From the IMG/VR virus record IMGVR_UViG_3300042545_001484, positions 1 to 64,000 of that record: DNA of 64,000 bases; one strand, 5' to 3'. A model generated the notes under the pieces. That model saw only the letters and a list, made by a program, of their open reading frames with translations. It ran no database searches and was not told the DNA's origin. The translations under genes and the position numbers were made by a program. This document shows, piece by piece, positions 33,845 to 42,834 of the stretch (within the stretch, counting starts at the first letter, position 1; every line of letters starts with the position of its first letter). Origin of the DNA: a virus.

Positions 33845-33880
33845 TTGACTTTTTAAACTATCTATAGTATAGTGGAAATA
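33845..33880 (+). promoter_or_regulatory. conserved promoter cassette variant (TTGACT, 17 bp, TATAGT)
   Basis: Precedes gene 33900. Confidence 0.55.
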
Positions 33881-33899
33881 TGATGAGAAAGGATATTGA

Positions 33900-34472
33900 A
33901 TGAAAATTACATTTACTGACAATGGTCTGCCCATGCACTTGGGCGGTCATGAAGGCGAGACCCATCTTGATGACGGTGCTCTTGATTATATCATCGAGAA
34001 ACTCGGTGTCAAGAGCATGGTCGATATTGGTTGTGGTCCTGCGGGCATGGTTGAACTTGCTCGCGAAAAGGGTCTCGAGGTGTTAGGCGTGGATGGCGAC
34101 TTCGTCGTTGATCGCAAGGTTGATGACATCGTCATCCATGACTACCAGAAAGCTCCATATGTTCCGGAGAAAAGCTACGACCTAGCATGGACGGTCGAGT
34201 TTGTTGAGCATATTGAAGAGCAATACATCCGCAACTTTGTTGCTACGATGGATAAGTGCAAGTATGTGCTTATGACTCATGCATTCCCTGGACAGCCTGG
34301 ACATCACCACGTGAATTGCCAGACCACGGAATATTGGGCACATATCATGAATGCGTTTGGATACTCCATCCTTCTCGAAGAGACTAATGCTATCCGCAAA
34401 GCGTCAACGATGAGAGAACGCTATATAAGAGAGCAGAGTATCTTTCTTCTGAACAGAAACTTTGTTGATTAA
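33900..34472 (+). CDS. class I SAM-dependent methyltransferase
   Basis: Motif I VDIGCGPAGM and an acidic motif II (VLGVDGD). Confidence 0.55.
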   Translation: MKITFTDNGLPMHLGGHEGETHLDDGALDYIIEKLGVKSMVDIGCGPAGMVELAREKGLEVLGVDGDFVVDRKVDDIVIHDYQKAPYVPEKSYDLAWTVEFVEHIEEQYIRNFVATMDKCKYVLMTHAFPGQPGHHHVNCQTTEYWAHIMNAFGYSILLEETNAIRKASTMRERYIREQSIFLLNRNFVD

Positions 34473-34515
34473 TAAACTGTATAAACTGTCATACACTGTA
34501 TAAGGAAATAAACAT

Positions 34516-35475
34516 ATGTCAAATTTTGCATCTCTGAAGAATTCGAGTCAGGATTCTCTCCGTAAGTTAACCGAACAGGTTAGCAAGATGTCCGCTGGTG
34601 GCGGCGAAAATTCCGATAAAAACAACGAACAATTCTGGAAGCCAACAGTCGATAAGGCTGGTAATGGTTCGGCGATTATTCGCTTTCTTCCTGCTCCCGA
34701 GGGCGAGGATGTTCCGTTTGTTCGTTACTGGGATCATGGTTTCCAAGGTCCAAGTGGAAAGTGGTATATCGAGAAGTCGTTGACCAGCCTCGGCGAAAAG
34801 GATCCTGTTGCTGAATATAACAGCAAGCTCTGGAAGGAATCAGATAATGATGACTCTCCTCAGCGCAAGCAGGCTCGTAAGCAGAAGCGTCGCCTTCACT
34901 ATGCCGCAAATATCTATGTTGTCAAGGATCCTGCTAATCCTGATAACAACGGTAAGGTTTTCCTCTATGACTTCGGCAAGAAGATCTTTGAAAAGCTGAA
35001 CGAACTTATGCATCCAATGGATGATGGTATTGAAGAAATCAAGCCAGTCAATCCATTCGATATGTGGTCTGGTGCTGACTTCTATCTTCGTATCCGTCAG
35101 GTTGATGGCTATCGTAACTACGACAAGTCTTCCTTCGGTGATTCTAAGCCACTTCTTGAGGATGATGATGCGCTCGAAGCAATCTGGCAGAAGGAACATA
35201 AGCTACAGCCGTTCCTTGATGCTGCTAACTTCAAGTCGTTTGCCGACCTCGAAAAGCGTCTGAACGAAGTTCTTGATCTGAACACTCACATCAATCGTGA
35301 CGACAATCGTCATTATGGTCGCGAGGAAGCTCCAGTAGGTAAGACTGCAAAGCCAGCCTTCGAGACTAAGGTCGAGGAAGATGAAGACCTGCCTTGGACT
35401 GCTCCAGCTGCCGAAACCTCTACTGATGAGGATGACGATATGGCCTTCTTCAAGCGTTTGGCCGAAGAAGACTAA
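34516..35475 (+). CDS. gp32: T4 gp32-type single-stranded DNA-binding protein
   Basis: Collinear with T4 gp32: AGNGSAIIRFLP, HGFQGPSGKWYIE, VVKDPANPDNNGKVFLYDFGKKIFEK; acidic C-terminal tail. Confidence 0.85.
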   Translation: MSNFASLKNSSQDSLRKLTEQVSKMSAGGGENSDKNNEQFWKPTVDKAGNGSAIIRFLPAPEGEDVPFVRYWDHGFQGPSGKWYIEKSLTSLGEKDPVAEYNSKLWKESDNDDSPQRKQARKQKRRLHYAANIYVVKDPANPDNNGKVFLYDFGKKIFEKLNELMHPMDDGIEEIKPVNPFDMWSGADFYLRIRQVDGYRNYDKSSFGDSKPLLEDDDALEAIWQKEHKLQPFLDAANFKSFADLEKRLNEVLDLNTHINRDDNRHYGREEAPVGKTAKPAFETKVEEDEDLPWTAPAAETSTDEDDDMAFFKRLAEED

Positions 35476-35531
35476 ATATCAGTTCGTTGGGGGTGGAAAG
35501 TTTCTTCCTTTCATTCCATCCCCAATGTTAC

Positions 35532-35622
35532 GGAAGCGTGGGCGAGTGGTTGATGCCTGCAGTCTTGAAAACTGCCGTACGTGATGAGCGTACCGTGGGT
35601 TCGAATCCCACCGCTTCCTCCA
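35532..35622 (+). tRNA. tRNA-Ser (TGA), type II
   Basis: Acceptor ggaagcg/cgcttcc; loop cuUGAaa; long variable arm; GGTTCGAATCC; CCA encoded. Confidence 0.85.
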
Positions 35623-35650
35623 GTTTCAATTTTATTCTAAGGATTAACAC

Positions 35651-35851
35651 ATGAATATCAAAACTTTTATCGCCGCTGCTGTTGTTGCTCTTACTTCTGC
35701 ATGTGCTCAGGAAGCACCAGAAGCTGCTACTGAAGCTGCTACTGAAGCCAATACAGCTGTTACTGAAGCTGCCCCAGCCGATGTAGCTGTTAACCCAGCC
35801 GACCGCGATCACAGCGAAGCTCGTGCAGCTCATGCACCTGACAGCAAGTAA
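35651..35851 (+). CDS. small secreted lipoprotein with EAATEA repeats
   Basis: Signal peptide plus lipobox (LTSAC); low-complexity Ala/Glu/Thr mature region. Confidence 0.45.
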   Translation: MNIKTFIAAAVVALTSACAQEAPEAATEAATEANTAVTEAAPADVAVNPADRDHSEARAAHAPDSK

Positions 35852-35860
35852 TTGACTAGC

Positions 35861-35934
35861 TGCTCCTTCCTCTAAAGGTAAGAGATCGGACTTTGAATCC
35901 GTCAATTTAGGTTCGAGTCCTAAAGGAGCATCCA
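35861..35934 (+). tRNA. tRNA-Gln (TTG)
   Basis: Acceptor tgctcct/aggagca; D-stem ctct/agag; loop cuUUGaa; T-arm ttagg-TTCGAGT-cctaa; CCA encoded. Confidence 0.75.
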
Positions 35935-35957
35935 ACTTTCAATATGGAGATTTTATA

Positions 35958-36197
35958 ATGAGTGGTAATGTTTCAGCAGACGAACTTCGTTTGCTTATTG
36001 AGCGAATTGAACGTCTTGAAGAAGAAGAAAAGAGCATTCGCGATGACAAGAAAGATGTCTACAGCGAAGCCAAATCTCGTGGTTACGATGGCAAAATCAT
36101 GAGGCAGATTGTTCGTCTGCGCAAGATGGAATCTCATGATCGCGCTGAGATGGAAGCAATCCTTGATACATACAAAGCAGCACTAGGAATCGACTAA
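35958..36197 (+). CDS. gapR: GapR-like (DUF2312) nucleoid-associated DNA-binding protein
   Basis: [49 protein letters not shown]...[11 protein letters not shown] parallels Caulobacter GapR, as recalled. Confidence 0.65.
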   Translation: MSGNVSADELRLLIERIERLEEEEKSIRDDKKDVYSEAKSRGYDGKIMRQIVRLRKMESHDRAEMEAILDTYKAALGID

Positions 36198-36198
36198 T

Positions 36199-36369
36199 AT
36201 GGCAAGAAATGCATCTTACGAGTTTAACTCGAATTTTATGGCTTGGACTGTGAAACGATTTGAAAATGGACAGAAGGTTCATGAGAGTCGTGTCGAGTCT
36301 AAGGAAATTGCCGAAGCTGCGGTTCAGGAATGGACCGAAGGCGGAGGACCTGAGTTGATCGTCGAATAA
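36199..36369 (+). CDS. small hypothetical protein (56 aa)
   Basis: Own translation MARNASYEFNSNFMAWTVKRFENGQKVHESRVESKEIAEAAVQEWTEGGGPELIVE. Confidence 0.35.
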   Translation: MARNASYEFNSNFMAWTVKRFENGQKVHESRVESKEIAEAAVQEWTEGGGPELIVE

Positions 36370-36370
36370 C

Positions 36371-36405
36371 AAAAAAGGGGAGAGGCCAAAAACCTCTCCC
36401 CAAGT
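36371..36405. terminator. bidirectional rho-independent terminator
   Basis: 9-bp stem GGGGAGAGG/CCTCTCCCC flanked by AAAAAA (a T-run for the minus-strand gene). Confidence 0.7.
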
Positions 36406-36454
36406 TGTATGCGGCTTATGTTTTATTGTTTGCCACATCTTCCAATCGTTTTAT

Positions 36455-36700
36455 TTATTCACTGTCTGTTGGTGACTTTTTCGGAGCGAATTTTTCAGCT
36501 CCAGTGATACCAAGACCAGCAATAACAATATACATCATTGACTCGAACATAAATTGCTCTACAGTGTAATCCCAAAACAAATTAGCAACATAGCCCACAG
36601 CGACCAAAAGTACAGCAAGAATAGTAACCCAACGTTTTGACGACGGAGAACCTTGGCTATCCTGCATCATACCTTTTAGATAATCGAGAATCTTTTTCAT
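36455..36700 (-). CDS. small membrane protein (81 aa, two TM helices)
   Basis: Hydrophobic segments VTILAVLLVAVGYVANLFW and MMYIVIAGLGITG; charged C-terminus; ends at the terminator. Confidence 0.5.
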   Translation of the reverse strand: MKKILDYLKGMMQDSQGSPSSKRWVTILAVLLVAVGYVANLFWDYTVEQFMFESMMYIVIAGLGITGAEKFAPKKSPTDSE

Positions 36701-36711
36701 TTATTTTCTCC

Positions 36712-38775
36712 TTATTGAGCATAATAATTGAGATCCAGAGAATTCCTTGGACCAGCAGTAGGGACTGAACCGCCACCACTGCCACCACTTTGGTTGTTAT
36801 TGGTAGTACTATTATTTATAATTGTAGGACTTGCTCCAGGAGTTTGTTCCTTCTTCTGCTCGGCCAGTTTTCTCTGTTCTTCTGCTTGTTCAAGAGCATT
36901 AGTCTGAGGAGTAATACTATTTTTAGGAACAGGATCAGCTTGCATCTTAACGCCCAGCTTCCCATCTGCACCTTTCTGTAGAGGCATGATAGCTTCTGGT
37001 CCAGCTTCTCCCATAATCCCTGTTCCGCCTTCATGCGAGAATGCTGTAGGAGAATCTACAACACCACCATCTGCGAACAATGTAAGTGGCTTCGGATTAT
37101 TGACGATGCCACCATCAGCATATTCTCTTGGCTCTTTTTCTGCATCCTTAGACTTGTAGATATCTCTTGCGGCCAAGCCAGAATCAATAGCAACACTTGC
37201 TGCCGTGCCAACTCCAGGAACTGTCGAAGCCAATCCGCTGCCGACTTCGCCGACTGCACCCAGCAGGTCGCCTTTCATCAAACGACCAGCACCAAACGCC
37301 AGACCAGCAAGAAGTCCAACTCCAGGAATTTTCTTTAGAAGACTTCTGCCTGCAGTTTTGGCGATGCCTTTGGCTCCAACTTTTTCTGCAGCCTTGACAC
37401 CTTCTTTTTCAACTGCTTGTGTTACAAATCTTCCAGTTGCTTTATCTCTGAATCTTTTGGTTCCTGTAGAGGCTATCTCTTCAGCAATCTTAGGTTCTTT
37501 GGCAGCTACTTCTGCTACTTCTGCAGCAGCACCAAACCCTAGCTTGCTTTTAATGCCAGAGAATAATCTCTTTCCTCTGCTTCTCAATCCACCTTTGATT
37601 TTTTTGGCAGCATATTGCTTTATTTGCTGACCAAACCCTTCATCAGAATCAGGCTCTTCATATGCATCATCTGTCTGCAGAGGTTGCGGTTCCGGAGCCT
37701 TAAACATAGTCTCTGGTCTATCGGCGAATCCTCTTTGCTCTAGATTGTCGACAGCCTGTTCTCTTTTGGCAGATTCAGATTGAAGTTCTTGTTTCTGCTC
37801 TTCGGTCGTTTCTCTTGTTTGGTCTTGTTTCTGCTCTTTTTTGTTCTCTTTGAACAGACCAAGAATTTCTTTTATAGAATTGTCGATGGATTTGAGAGCA
37901 TCAATTGCTTCTTTGCTGAATCCACCAATGCCTTTAGCAGCTGGTGTATCGGCTGGTGTTGACTCTTTCTTAGCAACACTCTTAGGGTCTTCCAACCTGT
38001 CAGTGAATAGCCTTGCCAGAGGCATGCGCTTCTTTATTCTCTCAGCAAACCTTTCGGTGTATTCATCCTTGAGTCTACCGAATCTTCTCTCGAATGGAGT
38101 TTGCTCTCTTGCTGGCTCTGCTTCTGCTTGAGGAGCAGCTTGATCAGTTTGCTCGGCAGTAGGTTTCAGCTGATCAGCTTCAAGAGGTTTTGGTTTGACT
38201 TGCTCAGCAGCTCGAGTAGCCTGTGGTGCCTTTTTAGGATCTTCTAGCTTGTCAGTAAACAACCTCAACAGAGACATACGCTTGGCTAGTCGTTCTCTAA
38301 GTCTCTCAGTATACTCATCCTTGAGTGTCCCAGCTCTTCTCTCGAGAGGAGTTGGCTCTGGTGCAGCAGGAGTCGGCTCTGGTGTCGGAACTTCTGGCTC
38401 AGGCTCAGGCGGCTTCAGCGATGTGGGTTCTAATGGTGGTGGCTTGAGCTGCTCGGCTTCTGCTTCTGCTGGAGGAGGCGAATCCTCCATATCTTCTTGG
38501 GCTTCTTGCTTTCTTTCGTGAGCTTCTTCTTTGTCACGTATTGCTTCTGGCGATTCTTCGTCAGGAGTATCTTGTGGGGTGATGTTGGCTGTTCCTACGA
38601 ACGATTCAACTTCTTCGTCCGAGTCTGGGCTCAGTTGTTCAAGAACCATGTCCAGCATCGCAGCTGTTGCAGGTGTGGCTTCCTTCTTTCCTGACATCCA
38701 TTTGTTTTTGTCAGGATCATAGGTGTACTTATCACCATGAATGCTTACTGTTCTGCTTGGATCTCTTCTGGCCAC
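36712..38775 (-). CDS. large repeat-containing protein (687 aa), possibly structural (tape-measure-like); function unknown
   Basis: Uninterrupted 2-kb ORF. Two ~80-aa tandem repeats (ERRxGxLKDEYTERxxERxxKRMxLxRLFTDxLEDPK). Pro/Glu-rich linkers, a Gly-rich hydrophobic segment and a GGSGGGS tail. Confidence 0.65.
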   Translation of the reverse strand: MARRDPSRTVSIHGDKYTYDPDKNKWMSGKKEATPATAAMLDMVLEQLSPDSDEEVESFVGTANITPQDTPDEESPEAIRDKEEAHERKQEAQEDMEDSPPPAEAEAEQLKPPPLEPTSLKPPEPEPEVPTPEPTPAAPEPTPLERRAGTLKDEYTERLRERLAKRMSLLRLFTDKLEDPKKAPQATRAAEQVKPKPLEADQLKPTAEQTDQAAPQAEAEPAREQTPFERRFGRLKDEYTERFAERIKKRMPLARLFTDRLEDPKSVAKKESTPADTPAAKGIGGFSKEAIDALKSIDNSIKEILGLFKENKKEQKQDQTRETTEEQKQELQSESAKREQAVDNLEQRGFADRPETMFKAPEPQPLQTDDAYEEPDSDEGFGQQIKQYAAKKIKGGLRSRGKRLFSGIKSKLGFGAAAEVAEVAAKEPKIAEEIASTGTKRFRDKATGRFVTQAVEKEGVKAAEKVGAKGIAKTAGRSLLKKIPGVGLLAGLAFGAGRLMKGDLLGAVGEVGSGLASTVPGVGTAASVAIDSGLAARDIYKSKDAEKEPREYADGGIVNNPKPLTLFADGGVVDSPTAFSHEGGTGIMGEAGPEAIMPLQKGADGKLGVKMQADPVPKNSITPQTNALEQAEEQRKLAEQKKEQTPGASPTIINNSTTNNNQSGGSGGGSVPTAGPRNSLDLNYYAQ

Positions 38776-38951
38776 CGTTTACCCTTTTTTGTTTTCTGCT
38801 ATTTCATCCTGTATCATCTTGTATAACAAACCAATATAAATGTCCCGTTCGAAAGGAAACATCGCTTCAATCTCTCCAATTGAATATTTATGGTGCTGAG
38901 CCAAATTAAAAATCAAATAGTAATAATTCAGCAGAGTATTATGACTCAGCC

Positions 38952-39650
38952 CTACGGAAAAAAACTTCTGTACCCTTCGAGGACGATCTCTCTGGGATTC
39001 CCTTTATTGTTTGTATACTTCAGCGTATGTGTCATCTTCGGCATGCTCTCAACAAAGGTGACGAGAACATTCTCGAAACTCTTTGTGTTCAATTGGTTGA
39101 TAAACTCAATCTTTTCCTCTAAGGTAAAGTTATCAGCAATGAACAGCTCATCTCCGTCTAAAATGGTATCAATACAAGAAGCCACCAGTTCGATTGCAGC
39201 ATCATCTGATTCCGTTTTAATCTTGGATACATCTTCAATCGTAGGATACTTGAACGTAACAGTAATATTGTCAGATAGCTTTATAGTTGTGCTATGATCA
39301 GGATCCATGTGCGGTTTGATTGTGTCAAGATCAACCTGAAATTCTCTGACTTCATTATCTTCTTTGTCGCGATAACGCAATGTGGAAATATTGCTCACAG
39401 ACTTAGAACGAAGCTGAAGGAACAGATATTCAATATCAAACAGAGGCAGCTTGTTGACATCAACCTTTGATATACAACAGTTGTTGATCACTTGTCTAAT
39501 CGCATTTAGAATGTCTTTATCATCGTTGCTCTCTTCAGCAATCAATAAGATTTTCTCTTCTTTGACTGTGAATGGGCGGAACTTGACAGGCTCCTCGAGA
39601 GAAACCAGTTTAATTTCAAAAATAGGCGAATCGATTACTGGTAGTTTCAT
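38952..39650 (-). CDS. hypothetical protein (232 aa)
   Basis: Long ORF in the minus-strand block with overlap-free spacing. Confidence 0.55.
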   Translation of the reverse strand: MKLPVIDSPIFEIKLVSLEEPVKFRPFTVKEEKILLIAEESNDDKDILNAIRQVINNCCISKVDVNKLPLFDIEYLFLQLRSKSVSNISTLRYRDKEDNEVREFQVDLDTIKPHMDPDHSTTIKLSDNITVTFKYPTIEDVSKIKTESDDAAIELVASCIDTILDGDELFIADNFTLEEKIEFINQLNTKSFENVLVTFVESMPKMTHTLKYTNNKGNPREIVLEGYRSFFP

Positions 39651-39668
39651 AGTATCCTCACTTTAATA

Positions 39669-40286
39669 TCAAGTTGGTGTGTTTCCTGTAACAGGAAGTC
39701 CATTGTTTTGAGCTGGTTGTAGCGTAGTCGAGCTGTTCTTTGTTGATCTTGGCGGCGTATCATCAATCTTATAATAGGTGTATGCAAAGGTTGCAGGAAC
39801 AATCACGAGACTGTTCTGAGCAGCCCAGCTGAAATTGACTGGACCAAAGGACTGTAGGAATGATGCATAGAACGTATAGTTCGCGATCGCGTCGCCCTTC
39901 GAGTCATATTGAATTAGCCTGATGTCAGTTACGTAGTTCTCTTTATATTGCATCGCATACATGTTGCCGATGTTTAGATCCATATATGAGTCTAACCATT
40001 TCTGAAGAGAGCGAATAGTATTAGATTCAACATCGCAATAGAACGCAACATTGAGTGGAGTATATGACAAGCCTGTGGCATATGGAGACAGCAGACCCTG
40101 ACCACCTCTTCTAATTTGCGTAATATCAGCAGTTCTATTAGGAAGGCTGGCGGATGAGCACATCAATGACAGCTGTCTTGAGTCTCCCTCAACGATTGAA
40201 GGAAGATCAATCTCCATTTCGAAATGCGCTTCTCTTGCCAGACCATCAGGCAAAGCGTGGAGAAAATTGTTGATGTTAAAAGCCAC
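39669..40286 (-). CDS. tail-tube family protein (T4 gp19/gp3/gp48/gp54-like); by synteny possibly the gp3 tail completion protein
   Basis: N-terminus FNINNFLHALPDGLAREAHFEMEI parallels the T4 tube-protein N-terminus FVDDVTRAFESGDFARPNLFQVEI. Sits between gp2-like and gp4-like neighbours. Confidence 0.5.
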   Translation of the reverse strand: MAFNINNFLHALPDGLAREAHFEMEIDLPSIVEGDSRQLSLMCSSASLPNRTADITQIRRGGQGLLSPYATGLSYTPLNVAFYCDVESNTIRSLQKWLDSYMDLNIGNMYAMQYKENYVTDIRLIQYDSKGDAIANYTFYASFLQSFGPVNFSWAAQNSLVIVPATFAYTYYKIDDTPPRSTKNSSTTLQPAQNNGLPVTGNTPT

Positions 40287-40928
40287 TTATCGTTTCCCTC
40301 TTCCAGTTTTCCATTTTTGCCAAGGCTGTTCGCCTGATGCTGAGTCTGCCCAAACTTCCTCTGCTGTTGCTCCCTGGAATCTCTGCAGTGGTAGAAACAT
40401 AGCAATGTCCCATTCTTTCGGTTCAACATAGATGAACCTAGATTTGACTTGCGAATATAAATATTTTTTGAAACATGGAGCGAACAGCTTCATTGAACCA
40501 GCGCTCTTCAATGCTTCGTATGAGATCTTGAGTTTTGTTGTGTCGTCGAATCTGTCGTTGTTCGCAATAGTATAAAGCGCATCCATCAACCTTGCTCTCA
40601 TAAGAGGCGGAAGATAGTGTAGATTCAGACCTGTAAATCCACCAGCAAATGTACTGACTGGAAAGATAACAGGGAAAGCATCCCAGTAGGGTAGCTTGTC
40701 TTTAGTCTTGGCATCGTATACGTACATATACATGCGTCCAGGCATGATGCTGCTGGTTACGATTGACTTCTCGAACAGCTTGTCTTGGCTGATTCTATTA
40801 CCATTATACCTTTGAGCTTTAGAACGAAACCACTCTCTGGCTTCTTTAGTCTTGTTCGGAATGATGCGCTCTTGTGCAGCCCTCTTAAGAAGGCGAGAAT
40901 AGATGTAATTGTCTGTTGTTACAGCCAT
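40287..40928 (-). CDS. hypothetical structural protein, gp2-like by position
   Basis: Lies between the gp3-like and gp4-like genes, in T4 order 3-2-4; motif PGRMYMYVYDAKTKDKLPYWDAFP...LNLHYLPP. Weak call. Confidence 0.4.
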   Translation of the reverse strand: MAVTTDNYIYSRLLKRAAQERIIPNKTKEAREWFRSKAQRYNGNRISQDKLFEKSIVTSSIMPGRMYMYVYDAKTKDKLPYWDAFPVIFPVSTFAGGFTGLNLHYLPPLMRARLMDALYTIANNDRFDDTTKLKISYEALKSAGSMKLFAPCFKKYLYSQVKSRFIYVEPKEWDIAMFLPLQRFQGATAEEVWADSASGEQPWQKWKTGRGKR

Positions 40929-41356
40929 TAAATTCCCAAGTCTTTTTCGGTTACAATCTGGAATTTCCAGCCTCGTTCTTCACAGAATCTTTCGGCTGCA
41001 TTCCACTTAGCACTATTTATAAGGTATGTGCTTACCTCTGTGAGATATCTCTTAGTATTCCTTGGCTTCTTGGCAGGAGCTCTGGTCTGCGCATCTGGCT
41101 TTATTTCAATAACATACTTCTGTCCATGGACATTTTCAACATACACATCAGGAAAGTATCTGTGTAACTTGTTGTCAATAGGACTTAGGTAAGGTATAGA
41201 GAATTCCTCTGATGCCCATTTGACAACTCCTGGATCTACATCCAGCCGATAGAACATACGCTGTTCCCAATTGCTTCTATAAATAATGTTGTTCGGGTCA
41301 CCCATGTATTTTTCTGGATTTTTCGGTAGATATTTACCTTTGTACGTCTTAAACAT
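40928..41356 (-). CDS. head completion protein gp4-like (PD-(D/E)xK fold)
   Basis: YRSNWE, VVKWASEE..IPY, HRYFPDVYVE...YVIEIKP (a D...ExK motif), and a C-terminal AKWNAAERFCEERGWKFQIVTE resemble the T4 gp4 family, as recalled. Confidence 0.5.
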   Translation of the reverse strand: MFKTYKGKYLPKNPEKYMGDPNNIIYRSNWEQRMFYRLDVDPGVVKWASEEFSIPYLSPIDNKLHRYFPDVYVENVHGQKYVIEIKPDAQTRAPAKKPRNTKRYLTEVSTYLINSAKWNAAERFCEERGWKFQIVTEKDLGI

Positions 41357-41404
41357 TCTGGGTCCACACTATAAATAGAAGTAACAGAAATATTTAGGTG
41401 AATA

Positions 41405-42238
41405 ATGTCAAGACCAACTAACACCAGTAATCCAGGAACAAAGAAAGCTCAGGCGTTGAGGTTATCTGGAACAGGAGGTAGTTTCCCTCCTGACATCGCA
41501 CAACAGCCAAATTACTTTGCCATCACAATGCGACCATACTCAGTGGGCGCAAACATCAATCCTGGTGGTGGCGGTGGTGTTGCTGGTCCAGGTGGCAAAC
41601 ACTTCTTTCTTCCTATGCCTGTCGCTGGACTAAAGGATAATTTTGACATTCAAATAGAATCTCAAAAAATGGGTGCTGTTGGTGGCGTAGGTTCTTCCGT
41701 TGTTGATGCAATCAACAACCCTTCTAGCATCGTAGGAAACGTTCTGTCTGGTCTTGGTGCGTTAGGCAGAACTCTCGGCGAAGAAGCCATGGGCGCTGCT
41801 TTGGGTGATGCTGGTGTTAATGCTGTGCAGTTGGCTACAGGTGCAATTAACAACCCTAACCTTGCTGCTTTATTTAAAGGTGTTAATCTAAGGAAGCATA
41901 CATTCACATGGAGAATGATTGCATATAACCAAAGCGAATCAAACAAACTGGAAAATATGGTGACACAGTTTAAACAAGCTGCTCTACCATCAAGAACCAG
42001 CGGTGGCAACTTTGGTCTGAATTATCCTGATATTGCATACCTGCAAGTTGTAGGTCCAAAGGAAAATGGACTGATCACGTTCAGCAACAAAGGTGCATTC
42101 ATTGAAAGCGTAAGCGTTGACTATATGGGACAAACGCACCCTGCTTTCTTCACAGGAAGCAATAGTCCTGTAGAAGTCACTCTATCTATGTCTTTCCTTG
42201 AAAGAAGTATCGTCACATCTGAAGATATCCGAGGCTAA
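41405..42238 (+). CDS. baseplate/tail structural protein (Gly-rich, possibly tube-family)
   Basis: First gene of the plus-strand structural block divergent from gp4; Gly-rich N-terminal region. Confidence 0.5.
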   Translation: MSRPTNTSNPGTKKAQALRLSGTGGSFPPDIAQQPNYFAITMRPYSVGANINPGGGGGVAGPGGKHFFLPMPVAGLKDNFDIQIESQKMGAVGGVGSSVVDAINNPSSIVGNVLSGLGALGRTLGEEAMGAALGDAGVNAVQLATGAINNPNLAALFKGVNLRKHTFTWRMIAYNQSESNKLENMVTQFKQAALPSRTSGGNFGLNYPDIAYLQVVGPKENGLITFSNKGAFIESVSVDYMGQTHPAFFTGSNSPVEVTLSMSFLERSIVTSEDIRG

Positions 42239-42240
42239 CA

Positions 42241-42834
42241 ATGTCAATCCGCTATTTCGAAAACTTCCCAAGAATCAACTACTTCAACGTAGTAGCACCA
42301 AACATTACACTCAGAGCAGCTTTCTTAGAAAGATTAAAATTAGAGTCGTTGGTATACTTCCCTTATACTATTGAGGATGGAGAAACAGCCGATGCTATTG
42401 CTTCTTGGTATTACGATAAGCCTGAATATGACTGGTTAATCTATCTCGCAAACAACATCATTGATCCACATACACAATGGCCAAAGTCCACCCAACAGTT
42501 CGAAGCATATATCGCAAAGAAGTATGGGTCTGTTGTGGCTGCAAGATCGGAGATCCTATTCTACAGAAGAAACCCAGATGTCAGCTATGTTTCTGTTGAT
42601 GGATCCACCTTCTCGCCAACAGCAAATTCTAATATGAATATCGTATTAAGCAATACCGATCTAAGGATTACTGTTGACAGTTTTGCTGATGTTGAAGATC
42701 CTTTGAATTACTCTGCTGTTTATGCATATGATCATGAATTAGAATTGAACGAAGAAAAAAGAAACATCAACCTCATCGACAACAAGCTGAAGGCATTGGT
42801 TGCAACTGAATTGGGTAACCTTTTGAATGACTGA
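42241..42834 (+). CDS. structural protein (197 aa)
   Basis: Tight operon spacing inside the baseplate block. Confidence 0.5.
   Translation: MSIRYFENFPRINYFNVVAPNITLRAAFLERLKLESLVYFPYTIEDGETADAIASWYYDKPEYDWLIYLANNIIDPHTQWPKSTQQFEAYIAKKYGSVVAARSEILFYRRNPDVSYVSVDGSTFSPTANSNMNIVLSNTDLRITVDSFADVEDPLNYSAVYAYDHELELNEEKRNINLIDNKLKALVATELGNLLND

Noticed and set aside
35381-35935. ORFs 35381..35584 (+) and 35528..35935 (-)
   Set aside because: They overlap tRNA-Ser(TGA), tRNA-Gln and the gp32 3' end. tRNA structure explains the sequence.
36790-38909. Multiple plus-strand ORFs (37205..37630, 38195..38521 and others) opposite the 687-aa gene
   Set aside because: The minus strand has an uninterrupted 2-kb frame with internal protein repeats. 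The plus-strand frames are Pro/Ser-rich shadow ORFs of the GC-rich repeats.
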